Part shown: piece by piece, positions 1-9,204 of the stretch
How the letters are laid out: every line of letters starts with the position of its first letter
Numbering within the stretch: position 1 is the first letter of the stretch
Origin: Flavobacteriales bacterium
GTDB lineage: Bacteria > Bacteroidota > Bacteroidia > Flavobacteriales_F > PHOS-HE28
Assembly: GCA_044229215.1 (NCBI GenBank)
Contig: JBGATL010000014.1
Coordinates: forward strand, 1-43,149
Direction: 5' to 3'
Length of the DNA stretch: 43,149 nt
Program-made: the position numbers and the translations under genes
The notes under the pieces: model-generated
The model's database searches: none
The model's input: only the letters and a program-made list of their open reading frames with translations
What the model was told of the DNA's origin: nothing

Positions 1-1044
1 CTCGAAGAAGGCGCTGGTCCCTGTGATGGGATTCTCCAGTTCATCCAGGCGGTAACCGATGGCGAGCTTGCTGGCGATCTTGGCAATGGGATAGTCCGTC
101 GCTTGCGACGCAAGCGCACTGCTGCGGCTTACGCGCGGGTTGATCTCGATGGCGTAGATCTCCTCCTTTTCATCGGGGCTCACGGTGAACTGCACGTTGC
201 AACCGCCGGCGAAGTCACCGATGGAGCGCATCATCTTGATGGCCTCGGTGCGCATCTTCTGGTAGGTGCGGTCGCTGAGCGTCATCGCGGGCGCCACGGT
301 GATGCTGTCGCCCGTGTGGATGCCCATCGGATCGAAGTTCTCGATGCTGCAGATGATGGCCACGTTGTCGTCCTTGTCGCGCAGCAGCTCCAGCTCGAAT
401 TCCTTCCAGCCCAGCAGCGCCTTGTCGATGATCACCTCGTGGATGGGGCTCACCTGCAGGCCGTGCTTCAGCAGCTTGTCGAAATCCTCTTCCTTGTGCA
501 CGAAGCTGGCGCCGCCGCCACCGAGCGTGTAGCTCGCGCGGATCACCAGCGGGAAGCCGAACTCCTGCGCCACCTTCTTCCCTTCCAGGAAGCTGTTCAC
601 CACCTTGCTCTGTGCCATGGGCACGCCGATGCGTTCCATCAGCTGGCGGAACTGCTCGCGGTTCTCGGTGATGTCGATCGCCTTCACGTCCACGCCGATC
701 ATGCGCACGCCGTACTGTTTCCAGATGCCGAGCTTTTCGCACTCGATGGCGAGGTTCAGCGCGGTCTGGCCGCCCATGGTGGGCAGCACGGCATCGATCT
801 TGTGCTTCTTGAGGATCACCTCGATGCTCTCCACGGTGAGCGGCTTCAGGTACACGTTGTCGGCCGTGACCGGATCGGTCATGATGGTGGCCGGGTTGCT
901 GTTGATCAGCGTGACCTCGATGCCTTCGTTGCGCAGGGAGCGGCTGGCCTGGCTGCCGGAGTAGTCGAATTCGCAGGCCTGGCCGATAACGATGGGGCCG
1001 CTGCCGATGAGCAGGACGGACTTGATGCTGTTGTCTTTGGGCAT
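1..1044 (-). CDS. carB: Carbamoyl-phosphate synthase large subunit, N-terminal part (runs off the window)
   Basis: Minus-strand translation from ATG at 1044: MPKDNSIKSVLLIGSGPIVIGQACEFDYSGSQA...NSNPATIMTD...PTMGGQTALN...ENFDPMGIHTGDS...EINPRVSRSSALAS, the standard CarB motifs. Missing from the ORF track because there is no stop codon in the window. Confidence 0.97.
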   Translation of the reverse strand, partial: MPKDNSIKSVLLIGSGPIVIGQACEFDYSGSQASRSLRNEGIEVTLINSNPATIMTDPVTADNVYLKPLTVESIEVILKKHKIDAVLPTMGGQTALNLAIECEKLGIWKQYGVRMIGVDVKAIDITENREQFRQLMERIGVPMAQSKVVNSFLEGKKVAQEFGFPLVIRASYTLGGGGASFVHKEEDFDKLLKHGLQVSPIHEVIIDKALLGWKEFELELLRDKDDNVAIICSIENFDPMGIHTGDSITVAPAMTLSDRTYQKMRTEAIKMMRSIGDFAGGCNVQFTVSPDEKEEIYAIEINPRVSRSSALASQATDYPIAKIASKLAIGYRLDELENPITGTSAFFE

Positions 1045-1169
1045 TCCGGAAGAGCCTGCGCGCAGAAGGGCGCAGTATCCGGGTTGCGAAGGTACCCCGA
1101 AGGGCTAGGCAAGGCGCTGAATGTGGAAAAGGTTCGACGATCGTGGACAAGAAATGCAGGGACGGATGG

Positions 1170-1252
1170 CACCGGCGCAACGACGTAGCGAAATGCCGCA
1201 CTGCATTTGGACCTAAGTTGCGTTCCCGTCGCGTCGTTGCGTCGTCGCGGTG
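1170..1252. repeat. Imperfect intergenic inverted repeat (REP/MITE-like hairpin)
   Basis: cgcaacgacg (1176-1185) pairs with cgtcgttgcg (1232-1241); outer arms caccg/cggtg; inner arms imperfect. Confidence 0.55.
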
Positions 1253-1257
1253 GAACC

Positions 1258-1389
1258 ATGAGTTTGGCAGTTCCCTACTTCACCCACAGCCCCACCCTTG
1301 TCTATCAAACCTACGGCACCGGGGCTTTAACCGTTCTGGATTTCCAAGGCTTCGGGCGCACAAGCACGCTAACTTTGATTCCACGATGA
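1258..1389 (+). pseudogene. Truncated, diverged duplicate of the 5' end of the alpha/beta-hydrolase gene at 1943
   Basis: 1274-1364 aligns without gaps to 1950-2040 (70/91 identical by hand count): YFTHSPTLVYQTYGTGALTVLDFQGFGRTS vs YFTHGPTLAYRTFGNGPLTVLAFHGFGRTS. Confidence 0.8.
1370..1377 (+). promoter_or_regulatory. Bacteroidetes -7 promoter box (TAACTTTG) for the TA operon
   Basis: Matches the TAnnTTTG consensus and ends 8 nt before the antitoxin ATG. Confidence 0.55.
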
Positions 1390-1610
1390 AAACAGACGCC
1401 ATCCGCAACGAGTTGATCGAATGGATCAGCGGCTTGAAGGATAAGGAGCTCTTAGGGTCTTTGCTGGGCATTAAGAAGGCGACCCAAAACGCCGACTGGG
1501 CCGAAGACCTTTCGCCGGAGGAACGCCGATCGATCGAACGGGGCCTGGAAGACTTGAAGCATGGTCGAATGATCACCAGCAAGGACTTCTGGTCGCGCCA
1601 TGGGCGTTGA
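1386..1610 (+). CDS. Putative type II antitoxin (addiction-module-like), 74 aa
   Basis: MKTDAIRNELIEWI...DWAEDLSPEERRSIERGLEDLKHGRMITSKDFW; small protein overlapping the RelE/ParE gene; 'LS.EE...IERGLED...GR' pattern is typical of these antitoxins. Confidence 0.8.
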   Translation: MKTDAIRNELIEWISGLKDKELLGSLLGIKKATQNADWAEDLSPEERRSIERGLEDLKHGRMITSKDFWSRHGR

Positions 1611-1896
1611 ACGCTTCGTTCTTTGGTCGGACGAGGCCACTGAGCAGGTTGACGCGACGAAGACCCGCATCGGAGAAAGATGGTCCGATAAGGAAGTGGA
1701 GAGCTTCCTTGACCTATTGCAACGGTTCGAGGATCTCGTGAAGCGATTCCCCAACGGATACGAGCGCTCGAGGATCTACCCCGGATGCCGCAGAGCCGTG
1801 ATACACCCGAACGTCTCGGTGGTTTACCGGGTGAATGCCAACGATGTTGAAGTGGTGACCGTGTATGACAACCGCTCTGCCAGAAGCCAGCGATAG
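1600..1896 (+). CDS. RelE/ParE-family toxin, 98 aa
   Basis: VLWSDEATEQ start, ...FPNGY...GCRRAVI..NVSVVYRV....VEVVTVYDNR end; size and fold pattern fit; overlaps the antitoxin. Confidence 0.85.
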   Translation: MGVERFVLWSDEATEQVDATKTRIGERWSDKEVESFLDLLQRFEDLVKRFPNGYERSRIYPGCRRAVIHPNVSVVYRVNANDVEVVTVYDNRSARSQR

Positions 1897-1942
1897 GTTC
1901 CACGATGCGCGAACAGTGGAACCCAACTTGGATCGTTAAGAA

Positions 1943-2755
1943 GTGACCTCCTACTTCACCCACGGCCCTACCCTGGCCTACCGCACATTCGGCAACGGCC
2001 CATTGACCGTGCTGGCCTTTCACGGCTTCGGGCGAACGAGTGCCGACTTCGCGGTCCTGGAGCCGGAACTTGGGGATCGATGCACCATCCACGCCTTCGA
2101 CCTGCACTTCCACGGGAATAGTCCGGGCTATCCGGAGCGTGCCGAAAGACCGTTCACCACCACGGAATTGGCCACCTTTTTCACGACTTTCCTGGATCGC
2201 CTGGGTGTGTCGAAATGTGCGCTTTTGGGTTACAGCCTCGGCGGAAGGATCGCCCTGGGTCTGGTGGAACACATGGCGGAGCGGCTGGAGCATGTCTTCC
2301 TTGCCGCACCGGACGGGCTGATCACACGGCCATGGTACCGCACACTGGCCGCCTCCCGTATCGGGCGCGGGCTGTACAGACGTTTCGTGGAACACCCCGC
2401 CAGCATCCACGGCATGATCCATGGATTGCGTGCCGCAGGCCTGATGAATGAGAAGATGCACCGCTTCCTCATCGGCCAGACCGACAGTAAGGCCAAGCGG
2501 ATCCTGGTGCGTGATGTATGGCTGAGCTACCGCCTGATCGAGCCGGATCTTCGGAATGTGGCCGAACAGGCTTCCATCCACCGTATCCCCGTACACCTGT
2601 TCTTCGGGCGGTTCGACTCGGTGATCAAACCGGTATTGGGCGCCAACCTCAGCCAATTCGCCCCTGAATTGATCAGCCTGGAGGTGCTTCCCTTCGGCCA
2701 TGTGCTCCTGACCCCGGAACTGGGCCGGGCCATTCGCCACCACCTGCAGGCTTGA
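1943..2755 (+). CDS. Alpha/beta-fold hydrolase
   Basis: FHGFG oxyanion motif, GYSLGG nucleophile elbow, D and H near the C-terminus (FDSVI, FGH). Confidence 0.9.
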   Translation: MTSYFTHGPTLAYRTFGNGPLTVLAFHGFGRTSADFAVLEPELGDRCTIHAFDLHFHGNSPGYPERAERPFTTTELATFFTTFLDRLGVSKCALLGYSLGGRIALGLVEHMAERLEHVFLAAPDGLITRPWYRTLAASRIGRGLYRRFVEHPASIHGMIHGLRAAGLMNEKMHRFLIGQTDSKAKRILVRDVWLSYRLIEPDLRNVAEQASIHRIPVHLFFGRFDSVIKPVLGANLSQFAPELISLEVLPFGHVLLTPELGRAIRHHLQA

Positions 2756-2782
2756 TCCGTTGACCCGGACCACGTACCAACG

Positions 2783-2809
2783 AAAAAGGGCCGCCACAAG
2801 GGCAGCCCT
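2783..2809 (-). terminator. Rho-independent terminator of rpmH
   Basis: Minus strand reads agggctgcc-cttgt-ggcggccct followed by a T-run. Confidence 0.7.
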
Positions 2810-2829
2810 CCTCTGAGTTCACTTGAAGA

Positions 2830-2988
2830 TCAGCCCTTGTGCGAAGGCTCGTCGCTCGAGGTGAGCTTGTGACGGCCAGCGGCACGGCGGCTGGCCAGGA
2901 CGTTACGACCGGCCACGCTGCTCATCCGCTTGCGGAAGCCATGCTTGTTCGTGCGCTTGCGTTTGCTGGGCTGGAAGGTGCGTTTCAT
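2830..2988 (-). CDS. rpmH: 50S ribosomal protein L34
   Basis: [52 protein letters not shown] (52 aa; below the ORF-track cutoff). Confidence 0.97.
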   Translation of the reverse strand: MKRTFQPSKRKRTNKHGFRKRMSSVAGRNVLASRRAAGRHKLTSSDEPSHKG

Positions 2989-3014
2989 CGCCGTTGGTCT
3001 TTCTTAAGGGACGG

Positions 3015-3022
3015 CAAATGTA
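3015..3022 (-). promoter_or_regulatory. -7 box (TACATTTG) of rpmH
   Basis: Consensus match upstream of rpmH. Confidence 0.65.
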
Positions 3023-3064
3023 GGGCTTTTCCCCTTTCTGGCAAACATCCGTCCGCAACTCCCG

Positions 3065-3805
3065 TTACCGAGGCGCAAACCGCAGACGATCAAGGCCATA
3101 GGCCCCTACCTCCCCGTTCTCCATCTCCACGATCAACCGGCCATGTCGGTCCACATCCATGGGCCGCGCCATGATCGGCTCCTCATCGCGCACGAACGCC
3201 GACCAACGCCCCCGCGACCAGAGCAGGTCCGAATAGGCCCGGTCCGCGCCCCGATCGCCGCCCTCCCACGCACTCCAACGGCGTTCCATGGCCGCGCATA
3301 GGTGAATGAGCACCTCCGACGGATCGGCTTCCCGACCCGAGTCCAACCAAAGGCTGGTGGCCACCAGTTCCTCAGGAAAGGCCCGACTGTTCACATTGAT
3401 CCCGACCCCTACGATGCTGCTCTGCACCAGTTCCCCCACCACCTCGTTCTTGATCAGGATGCCCGCCACCTTGCGCCGTTCCACCAGCACATCGTTGGGC
3501 CATTTCACCCGCACCGCGCCTGGCACCCGCTCCTGCACCACTTCGGCCACCGCAAGGGCCGCGAGTTTTCCCAGCATGAACTGGTCCTCGGCCCGCAGCC
3601 GGGTCGGCTTCAACACCAGGCTCACCGTCAGATCGGCGCCTGGAACCGCCTGCCATGATCGACCGCGCTGCCCTCTGCCATTGGTCTGCTCATGGGCCAG
3701 AATGACAGCACCGTGCTGCACCTTCGACAGCTTCAACAGTTCGGCCGCCGTTTTGTTGGTGCTTTCCAACGTCGCGAACCGGATGATCGGATCACCAATG
3801 GGCAT
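3065..3805 (-). CDS. birA: Biotin--[acetyl-CoA carboxylase] ligase (no HTH domain)
   Basis: STN, QTNGRGQRGRSW, VKWPNDV and KVAGILI motifs. Confidence 0.95.
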   Translation of the reverse strand: MPIGDPIIRFATLESTNKTAAELLKLSKVQHGAVILAHEQTNGRGQRGRSWQAVPGADLTVSLVLKPTRLRAEDQFMLGKLAALAVAEVVQERVPGAVRVKWPNDVLVERRKVAGILIKNEVVGELVQSSIVGVGINVNSRAFPEELVATSLWLDSGREADPSEVLIHLCAAMERRWSAWEGGDRGADRAYSDLLWSRGRWSAFVRDEEPIMARPMDVDRHGRLIVEMENGEVGAYGLDRLRFAPR

Positions 3806-3852
3806 ACTCCTTGCACACTTTCGCCAGCCCGCGACCAGCGTGGGTAACTTCG

Positions 3853-3860
3853 TACCTTTG
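3853..3860 (+). promoter_or_regulatory. -7 box (TACCTTTG) for the rsfS-ftsH operon
   Basis: Consensus match about 20 nt upstream of rsfS. Confidence 0.6.
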
Positions 3861-3879
3861 AGCGGACCAAGATAACCGG

Positions 3880-4266
3880 ATGAAGAAAGCCCCCGCAGTC
3901 CTGCGGGAGGGCGCTGCGGCCCTCCTTGTCGATTCCATCATCGCAGGTATCCAGGAGGTCAAGGGCAAGGACATCGTCCATCTCGACCTGCGCGAGGTAC
4001 CCAATACCGTGAGCGATCATTTCATCGTCTGCCACGGCGATTCACCCACACAGGTGGACGCGATCCAGCGCTCGGTTGAACGTTTTGCCAAGGAAAAGGC
4101 CGGTGAGCTGCCCTGGCACACCGAGGGCACCACCAATGCAGAGTGGATCCTGATGGATTTCGTCAACGTGGTGGTACACATCTTCCACCGGGACAAACGT
4201 GCCTACTACGCACTGGTGGTCCTATGGGGCGATGCGGCGACCAGGCGGTACGAGAACGTGGCATGA
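3880..4266 (+). CDS. rsfS: Ribosome silencing factor RsfS
   Basis: KGKDIVHLDL, DHFIVCHG, EG...EWILMDFVNVVVHIF, LWGDA; birA-rsfS-ftsH order. Confidence 0.95.
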   Translation: MKKAPAVLREGAAALLVDSIIAGIQEVKGKDIVHLDLREVPNTVSDHFIVCHGDSPTQVDAIQRSVERFAKEKAGELPWHTEGTTNAEWILMDFVNVVVHIFHRDKRAYYALVVLWGDAATRRYENVA

Positions 4267-4290
4267 ACACAAGGAGAACGAAAGAGAACC

Positions 4291-6288
4291 GTGGATAACG
4301 AGCGCAACAACAACGAGAAGGAACGGCCGAAACGATCGTTCAACTTCTATTGGATCTATGGCATCATCATCCTGGTGATCCTCTCCATCAACCTCTTCCA
4401 ATATGGAGGGGGCCTTGTGAAGATCGACCCCACCGAATACCAGGCCATGCTGGAGGCCGGTGATGTGCAACGGATCGTGGTGGTGAACGACCAACTCGTG
4501 AAGGTGTACATCAAGAAGGAGAAACTGGACCAGGAGCCGCACAAGGACCGGATCAAGGGCTCCCCCATCTCCGGCCCGAACACCTCCGGACCGCACTACG
4601 CCTTCAACATGGGCACCAGCAATGTGCTGAAGGACCGGATCGTGCAGGAGGCCGAGAAATACAAAGTACCCTACGAGTATGAAACGCAGGACAACTGGGG
4701 GCGAGAGATCCTGAACTGGATGATCTTCATCGGCGCCATGGTGCTGATCTGGGTCTTCGTGATGCGCCGCATCGGCGGTGGCGCCGGCCCCGGTGGGCAG
4801 ATCTTCAACATCGGCAAGAGCCGTGCACAGGTGTTCGAGGGTGGCAAGAGCACCAATGTCACCTTCAACGACGTGGCCGGCCTGGCCGAGGCCAAGGAGG
4901 AGTTACAGGAGATCGTGGACTTCCTGAAAACACCCAAGAAATACACCGACCTCGGCGCCAAGATCCCCAAGGGCGCCCTGCTCGTGGGCCCTCCGGGCAC
5001 AGGGAAAACCTTGCTCGCCAAGGCCATCGCCGGTGAGGCGAACGTGCCCTTCTTCAGCCTCAGTGGCTCCGATTTCGTGGAGATGTTCGTGGGCGTGGGG
5101 GCCAGTCGGGTCCGCGACCTGTTCAAACAGGCCAAGGAGAAGGCACCCAGCATCATCTTCATCGACGAGATCGATGCCATTGGCCGTGCCCGCGGACGCA
5201 GTGTGAGCATGGGGGCCAACGACGAACGTGAGAACACCTTGAACCAACTGCTCACCGAACTCGACGGCTTCGGCACCAACAGCGGTGTGATCCTGATCGG
5301 TGCGACCAACCGCGCCGATGTGCTGGACCGCGCCCTGCTTCGGCCCGGACGCTTCGACCGCCAGATCTTCGTGGACATGCCCGACCTGAAGGAACGCGAG
5401 GAGATCCTGATGGTACACCTGAAACCGCTGAAACTGGACGTGACCGTGGACGTGGCCTTCCTGGCACGTCAGACTCCGGGCTTCAGCGGCGCCGACCTGG
5501 CCAATATCTGCAACGAGGCCGCGCTCATCGCCGCCCGCAAGCGGAAGACCTCCGTGGATAAGCAGGACTTCCTGGATGCCGTGGACCGGGTGATCGGTGG
5601 TCTGGAGAAGAAGAACAAGATCATCACCGTGGAAGAGAAACAGGCGATCGCCTACCACGAGGCCGGGCATGCCACGGTGAGCTGGCTGGTGGAACATGCC
5701 AGCCCGCTGATCAAGGTGACCATCGTTCCCCGCGGCCGTTCCTTGGGCGCCGCCTGGTACCTTCCTGAGGAACGACACCTCACCACTGCCGAACAGATGC
5801 TCGATGAGATGTGCGCTGCGCTGGGCGGGCGTGCGGCCGAGGATGTGATGTACGGCCAGGTGAGCACCGGTGCCCTTAGCGACCTGGAGAAGGTGACCAA
5901 ACAGGCCTACGCCATGATCACCATGTACGGCTTGAATGACCGCATCGGGAACATCAGCTATTACGACAGCTCCGGCCAAAGCGAATACACCTTCGGAAAA
6001 CCGTACAGTGAACGCCAGGCCCAGACGATCGACGAGGAGGTGAGCAAGTTGGTGGAAGGACAGTACGCGCGTGCCAAACGGATCCTCACCGACAACAAGG
6101 ACAAGCTGACCGCACTGGCCACCCAACTGCTGGACAAGGAGGTGATCTTCAAGGAGGACCTGGAGAAGATCTTCGGGCACCGGCCGTTCCAGAAAACCAT
6201 CGCCGACGCACCGAACGGCAATGGAACGCCCACAGGTGCGGCAGCCACTCCTGAGCAGGCCACCACCGAGCGCACCGAGGGCGCTTAA
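4291..6288 (+). CDS. ftsH: ATP-dependent zinc metalloprotease FtsH
   Basis: Two TM segments, Walker A GPPGTGKT, Walker [19 protein letters not shown], zinc motif HEAGH. Confidence 0.98.
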   Translation: MDNERNNNEKERPKRSFNFYWIYGIIILVILSINLFQYGGGLVKIDPTEYQAMLEAGDVQRIVVVNDQLVKVYIKKEKLDQEPHKDRIKGSPISGPNTSGPHYAFNMGTSNVLKDRIVQEAEKYKVPYEYETQDNWGREILNWMIFIGAMVLIWVFVMRRIGGGAGPGGQIFNIGKSRAQVFEGGKSTNVTFNDVAGLAEAKEELQEIVDFLKTPKKYTDLGAKIPKGALLVGPPGTGKTLLAKAIAGEANVPFFSLSGSDFVEMFVGVGASRVRDLFKQAKEKAPSIIFIDEIDAIGRARGRSVSMGANDERENTLNQLLTELDGFGTNSGVILIGATNRADVLDRALLRPGRFDRQIFVDMPDLKEREEILMVHLKPLKLDVTVDVAFLARQTPGFSGADLANICNEAALIAARKRKTSVDKQDFLDAVDRVIGGLEKKNKIITVEEKQAIAYHEAGHATVSWLVEHASPLIKVTIVPRGRSLGAAWYLPEERHLTTAEQMLDEMCAALGGRAAEDVMYGQVSTGALSDLEKVTKQAYAMITMYGLNDRIGNISYYDSSGQSEYTFGKPYSERQAQTIDEEVSKLVEGQYARAKRILTDNKDKLTALATQLLDKEVIFKEDLEKIFGHRPFQKTIADAPNGNGTPTGAAATPEQATTERTEGA

Positions 6289-6298
6289 TGCCCACCCC

Positions 6299-6505
6299 AT
6301 GGCGAATTGGACCCTGATCCATACCGCCCGTGACCGGCAGGAGGCCGAATTGCTGCGTGGACAGCTGGAAGCCCACGACATCCCCACCATGGTGATGGAC
6401 CAACGCTCTTCGATCTACCCCTCGATGGGGACCATCGAGGTGCTGGTGGACCGGGACCATGTGCTGCGCGCATTGCACCTGATCCACCAGTCCAGCGAGC
6501 CATGA
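6299..6505 (+). CDS. Small DUF2007-like (putative signal-transducing) protein, 68 aa
   Basis: W..I.T.....EAELLRGQLEAHDI...V.DQ.SS.Y...G.IEVLV pattern; ATGA-coupled to cdsA. Confidence 0.75.
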   Translation: MANWTLIHTARDRQEAELLRGQLEAHDIPTMVMDQRSSIYPSMGTIEVLVDRDHVLRALHLIHQSSEP

Positions 6506-7305
6506 AGGAGCTCGGTGTACGGGCCATGACCGGCGCGGTGTACGTGCTGCTCACCTTGGGTGCCGCCTGGGCCGGGCCGGTCACCACCTTCCTGCTGTAC
6601 CTGCCGGTGTGCCTGATCGGCCTGCATGAGCTGCATCGCCTCCTGCGCCCCCCCACCGAAGAGCCTGTCATGACCTGGACCATGCTCGTGGGCGCCACGG
6701 TCTACATCGCGGTGGGGCTGCATGCGGTGGTCCAGCAATGGGACCTGAGCCACGCCCTGGCTCTCTCCTTCCTCCTGTTGCTCATCACCATCACATGGTC
6801 GCTTTGGCGCGGCCAACCCGATCCTGGACGGGCCTTGGGGCTGGTGCTCACCGGTTTGGCGTTGGTCGTTGTCCCTTTTGGCCTGATGACGCACTTCTTC
6901 GCCATTGATCGATGGATGTTCATCGGTTTCATGATCCTGCTGTGGACCAACGATACGGGCGCCTACCTCGTAGGACGAGGGCTCGGCCGCACCCCTTTGC
7001 TGCCTGCCGTATCCCCGAAGAAGACCGTCGAGGGTCTGGTGGGGGGGATCCTGCTCACCCTTGGTGTGGCCTGGTGGCTCAGTCGCCTTCATCCTTTCCT
7101 TCATACGCAAGAATGGCTCTTGGTGGGTGGCCTCATCGCGCTCACCGCTACCCTTGGCGACCTGCTCGAATCGGCGTTCAAACGTGCGTGCGGGGTGAAG
7201 GATTCGGGGCACATCCTGCCGGGACATGGGGGGATCCTCGACCGGTTCGATGGATTCCTGCTCGCCGTACCGGCCGTGATCCTGTACCTGCACCTGATCC
7301 GGTGA
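6502..7305 (+). CDS. cdsA: Phosphatidate cytidylyltransferase
   Basis: DTGAY..G, SPKKTVEG, GDLLESAFKR..GVKDSG.ILPGHGGILDRFD signature. Confidence 0.96.
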   Translation: MKELGVRAMTGAVYVLLTLGAAWAGPVTTFLLYLPVCLIGLHELHRLLRPPTEEPVMTWTMLVGATVYIAVGLHAVVQQWDLSHALALSFLLLLITITWSLWRGQPDPGRALGLVLTGLALVVVPFGLMTHFFAIDRWMFIGFMILLWTNDTGAYLVGRGLGRTPLLPAVSPKKTVEGLVGGILLTLGVAWWLSRLHPFLHTQEWLLVGGLIALTATLGDLLESAFKRACGVKDSGHILPGHGGILDRFDGFLLAVPAVILYLHLIR

Positions 7306-7347
7306 TGGCTTGCCGAGCCGTCTATCTTTGACCGCTTCCCCCATCCG

Positions 7348-8010
7348 ATGCGCCTCCACCGCGAAGGAACTCCCACACTTCTCCTTGTCTCCGCCCTGGT
7401 CTGCTTCGGCCTGTTCACCTTGGCGAAATGGCCTGTGCTTCCGATGCCGATCAGTGTGCTGATCGGTTCCGTACTCGTTGCGGTCCTGGGTATCGTCCTC
7501 TGGTTCTTCCGTGTCCCCGCACGCCCCCTACCTCATGACGATACCGCCATCATCGCCCCGTGCGACGGTAAGGTGGTGGTGATCGAGGAGGTGTATGAGC
7601 CGGAGTATTTCAAGGACAAGCGCAGGCAGGTGTCCATCTTCATGAGCCCGCTGAACGTCCACATCAACTACCATCCCATCGCCGGTACCACGGCCTACTA
7701 CAAGTATCATCCTGGCAAGTACCTCGTGGCTTGGCATCCGAAGAGCAGCACGGAGAACGAACGCAGCACCGTGGTGAACGAACATCCCCGGCATGGCAAG
7801 GTGCTCTTCCGACAGATCGCAGGGGCGTTGGCACGCCGCATCTGCACCTACGCCCGCGAAGGCGCTCCTGCAGTGCAGGGCGCGGAGTTCGGATTCATCA
7901 AATTCGGGTCGCGGGTGGATCTTTTCCTGCCGCTCGATGCCAAGATCGAGGTCGCTCTGGGACAAGTGGTCACTGGGGCGCACACGGTGATCGCCCGTTT
8001 CAACCATTGA
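7348..8010 (+). CDS. psd: Phosphatidylserine decarboxylase proenzyme
   Basis: APCDGKV, SIFMSPLNVH, ENER, QIAG..ARRI and the IKFGSRVD cleavage motif; TATCTTTG box at 7323-7330. Confidence 0.95.
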   Translation: MRLHREGTPTLLLVSALVCFGLFTLAKWPVLPMPISVLIGSVLVAVLGIVLWFFRVPARPLPHDDTAIIAPCDGKVVVIEEVYEPEYFKDKRRQVSIFMSPLNVHINYHPIAGTTAYYKYHPGKYLVAWHPKSSTENERSTVVNEHPRHGKVLFRQIAGALARRICTYAREGAPAVQGAEFGFIKFGSRVDLFLPLDAKIEVALGQVVTGAHTVIARFNH

Positions 8011-8013
8011 CAG

Positions 8014-8547
8014 ATGAACAGCAGTATCAAGAACATCCTGGTCGCGATCATCGCCGTGCTGGCCATCGCGCTTATCGCCAAAAGCCTACTGGGGCCGAAA
8101 GCTCCCGCTGCGGACACCCCAACAGCATTAACGACCAAAGGTGCATTGGAGGGAACAGGCCTTCGTTTCGATGGCTACTACGTCCATCGTGTGGGCGACC
8201 TGTTCTACCTTATCCGATTCTTCCCCGAAGGACGCGTGGTGACCGTGAACGGCACCAAGGAGGTGCAGAAGGACCTGCCAGCCTACCTGGTGCGTGAAAC
8301 ACGCGGCAATCCTGGCCTGGGCCTGCACAATGTGCCCGTGACCGTGAAGGATGACAGCCTGCTGTTCGTTACGCGGCCGGAGAAAGGCGAGATCGAGTAC
8401 CGTGGCGCAGTGGTCAGCGGCTCCATGGTGCGTTTCATCCGCCACAGCCACATCACCGGGACCCGGCAGCTGATGGAATACATCTTCCACCTGGATGGTT
8501 CCCCACCCTCAGAGGAGGATAGCACGCAGGTCGTTCAGCCCGCGTAG
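8014..8547 (+). CDS. Hypothetical protein with an N-terminal membrane anchor
   Basis: Starts 3 nt after psd; hydrophobic N-terminus; host-like codon usage. Confidence 0.7.
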   Translation: MNSSIKNILVAIIAVLAIALIAKSLLGPKAPAADTPTALTTKGALEGTGLRFDGYYVHRVGDLFYLIRFFPEGRVVTVNGTKEVQKDLPAYLVRETRGNPGLGLHNVPVTVKDDSLLFVTRPEKGEIEYRGAVVSGSMVRFIRHSHITGTRQLMEYIFHLDGSPPSEEDSTQVVQPA

Positions 8548-9204
8548 CACATAGGTCGCCCGCTCATCGCCATCACCGTTCGGTGCGAAATGCGCCTGGT
8601 CCCAACCCGCGTTGCGAGCGCCTTCGATATCGGCCGCTGCACTATCGCCGATCATCAGGCTCTCCTGTGCCGTGGCCTTCGTGCGCTCCAGTGCCGCCCG
8701 GAAGATCCGGGGATCGGGCTTCTTCGCTCCCGCCATCTCACTGGAGAGCACCAGGTCCAAGTGCCTCCCAAGGCCGCTGCTGGCGATCTTCTCCTCCTGC
8801 ACCTCGTGGAACCCGTTGGTGATGATGTGGATCCGGTATCGCGGAGCAAGGTCGGCGAGCAATTCACCCGCACCCGGCATCAGGGTCTTGCGCTTGGGTG
8901 TCAAGGCCAGGTAATCCCGACCCATGCGATCGGCGAGGCGTTCATCCTTCACCCCGAATCGCAGCAGGGTGTTCCGGAAACGAAGCACACGAAGCACATG
9001 CCGGTCGATGTGGCCCAGCTCATACCGCTGCCATAGCCCCTGGTTGATCTCCTCGTATGCTTCGATGAACTCCGCGGCATCCGGGATCCCGCGTTCGGTC
9101 AACCGCTCGTACCGATGCAGATCGCGCAGGGTCTCCCGCGAATTGGTCTCGAAATCCCACAGAGTATGGTCCAGATCGAAGAAGAGATGGCGGTAGCGCT
9201 TCAT
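8509..9204 (-). CDS. yjjG: YjjG-family HAD pyrimidine nucleotidase
   Basis: FFDLDHTLWDF, ITNGF, KKPDPRIF and MIGDS...DI motifs. Confidence 0.92.
   Translation of the reverse strand: MKRYRHLFFDLDHTLWDFETNSRETLRDLHRYERLTERGIPDAAEFIEAYEEINQGLWQRYELGHIDRHVLRVLRFRNTLLRFGVKDERLADRMGRDYLALTPKRKTLMPGAGELLADLAPRYRIHIITNGFHEVQEEKIASSGLGRHLDLVLSSEMAGAKKPDPRIFRAALERTKATAQESLMIGDSAAADIEGARNAGWDQAHFAPNGDGDERATYVLRGLNDLRAILL

Noticed and set aside
103-1201. Long ORFs 103-1188 (+) and 215-1201 (-)
   Set aside because: Shadow frames of carB, which occupies 1-1044 on the minus strand in another frame.
1170-1923. Integron cassette (attC-bounded TA)
   Set aside because: No integron integrase in the window, and the hairpins lack clear RYYYAAC/GTTRRRY ends.
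4903-6390. 495-aa antisense ORF, and similar ones at 22341-23846, 27446-29302, 29588-31129 and 38337-39808
   Set aside because: Antisense shadows of well-supported genes, expected in high-GC DNA; no motifs.
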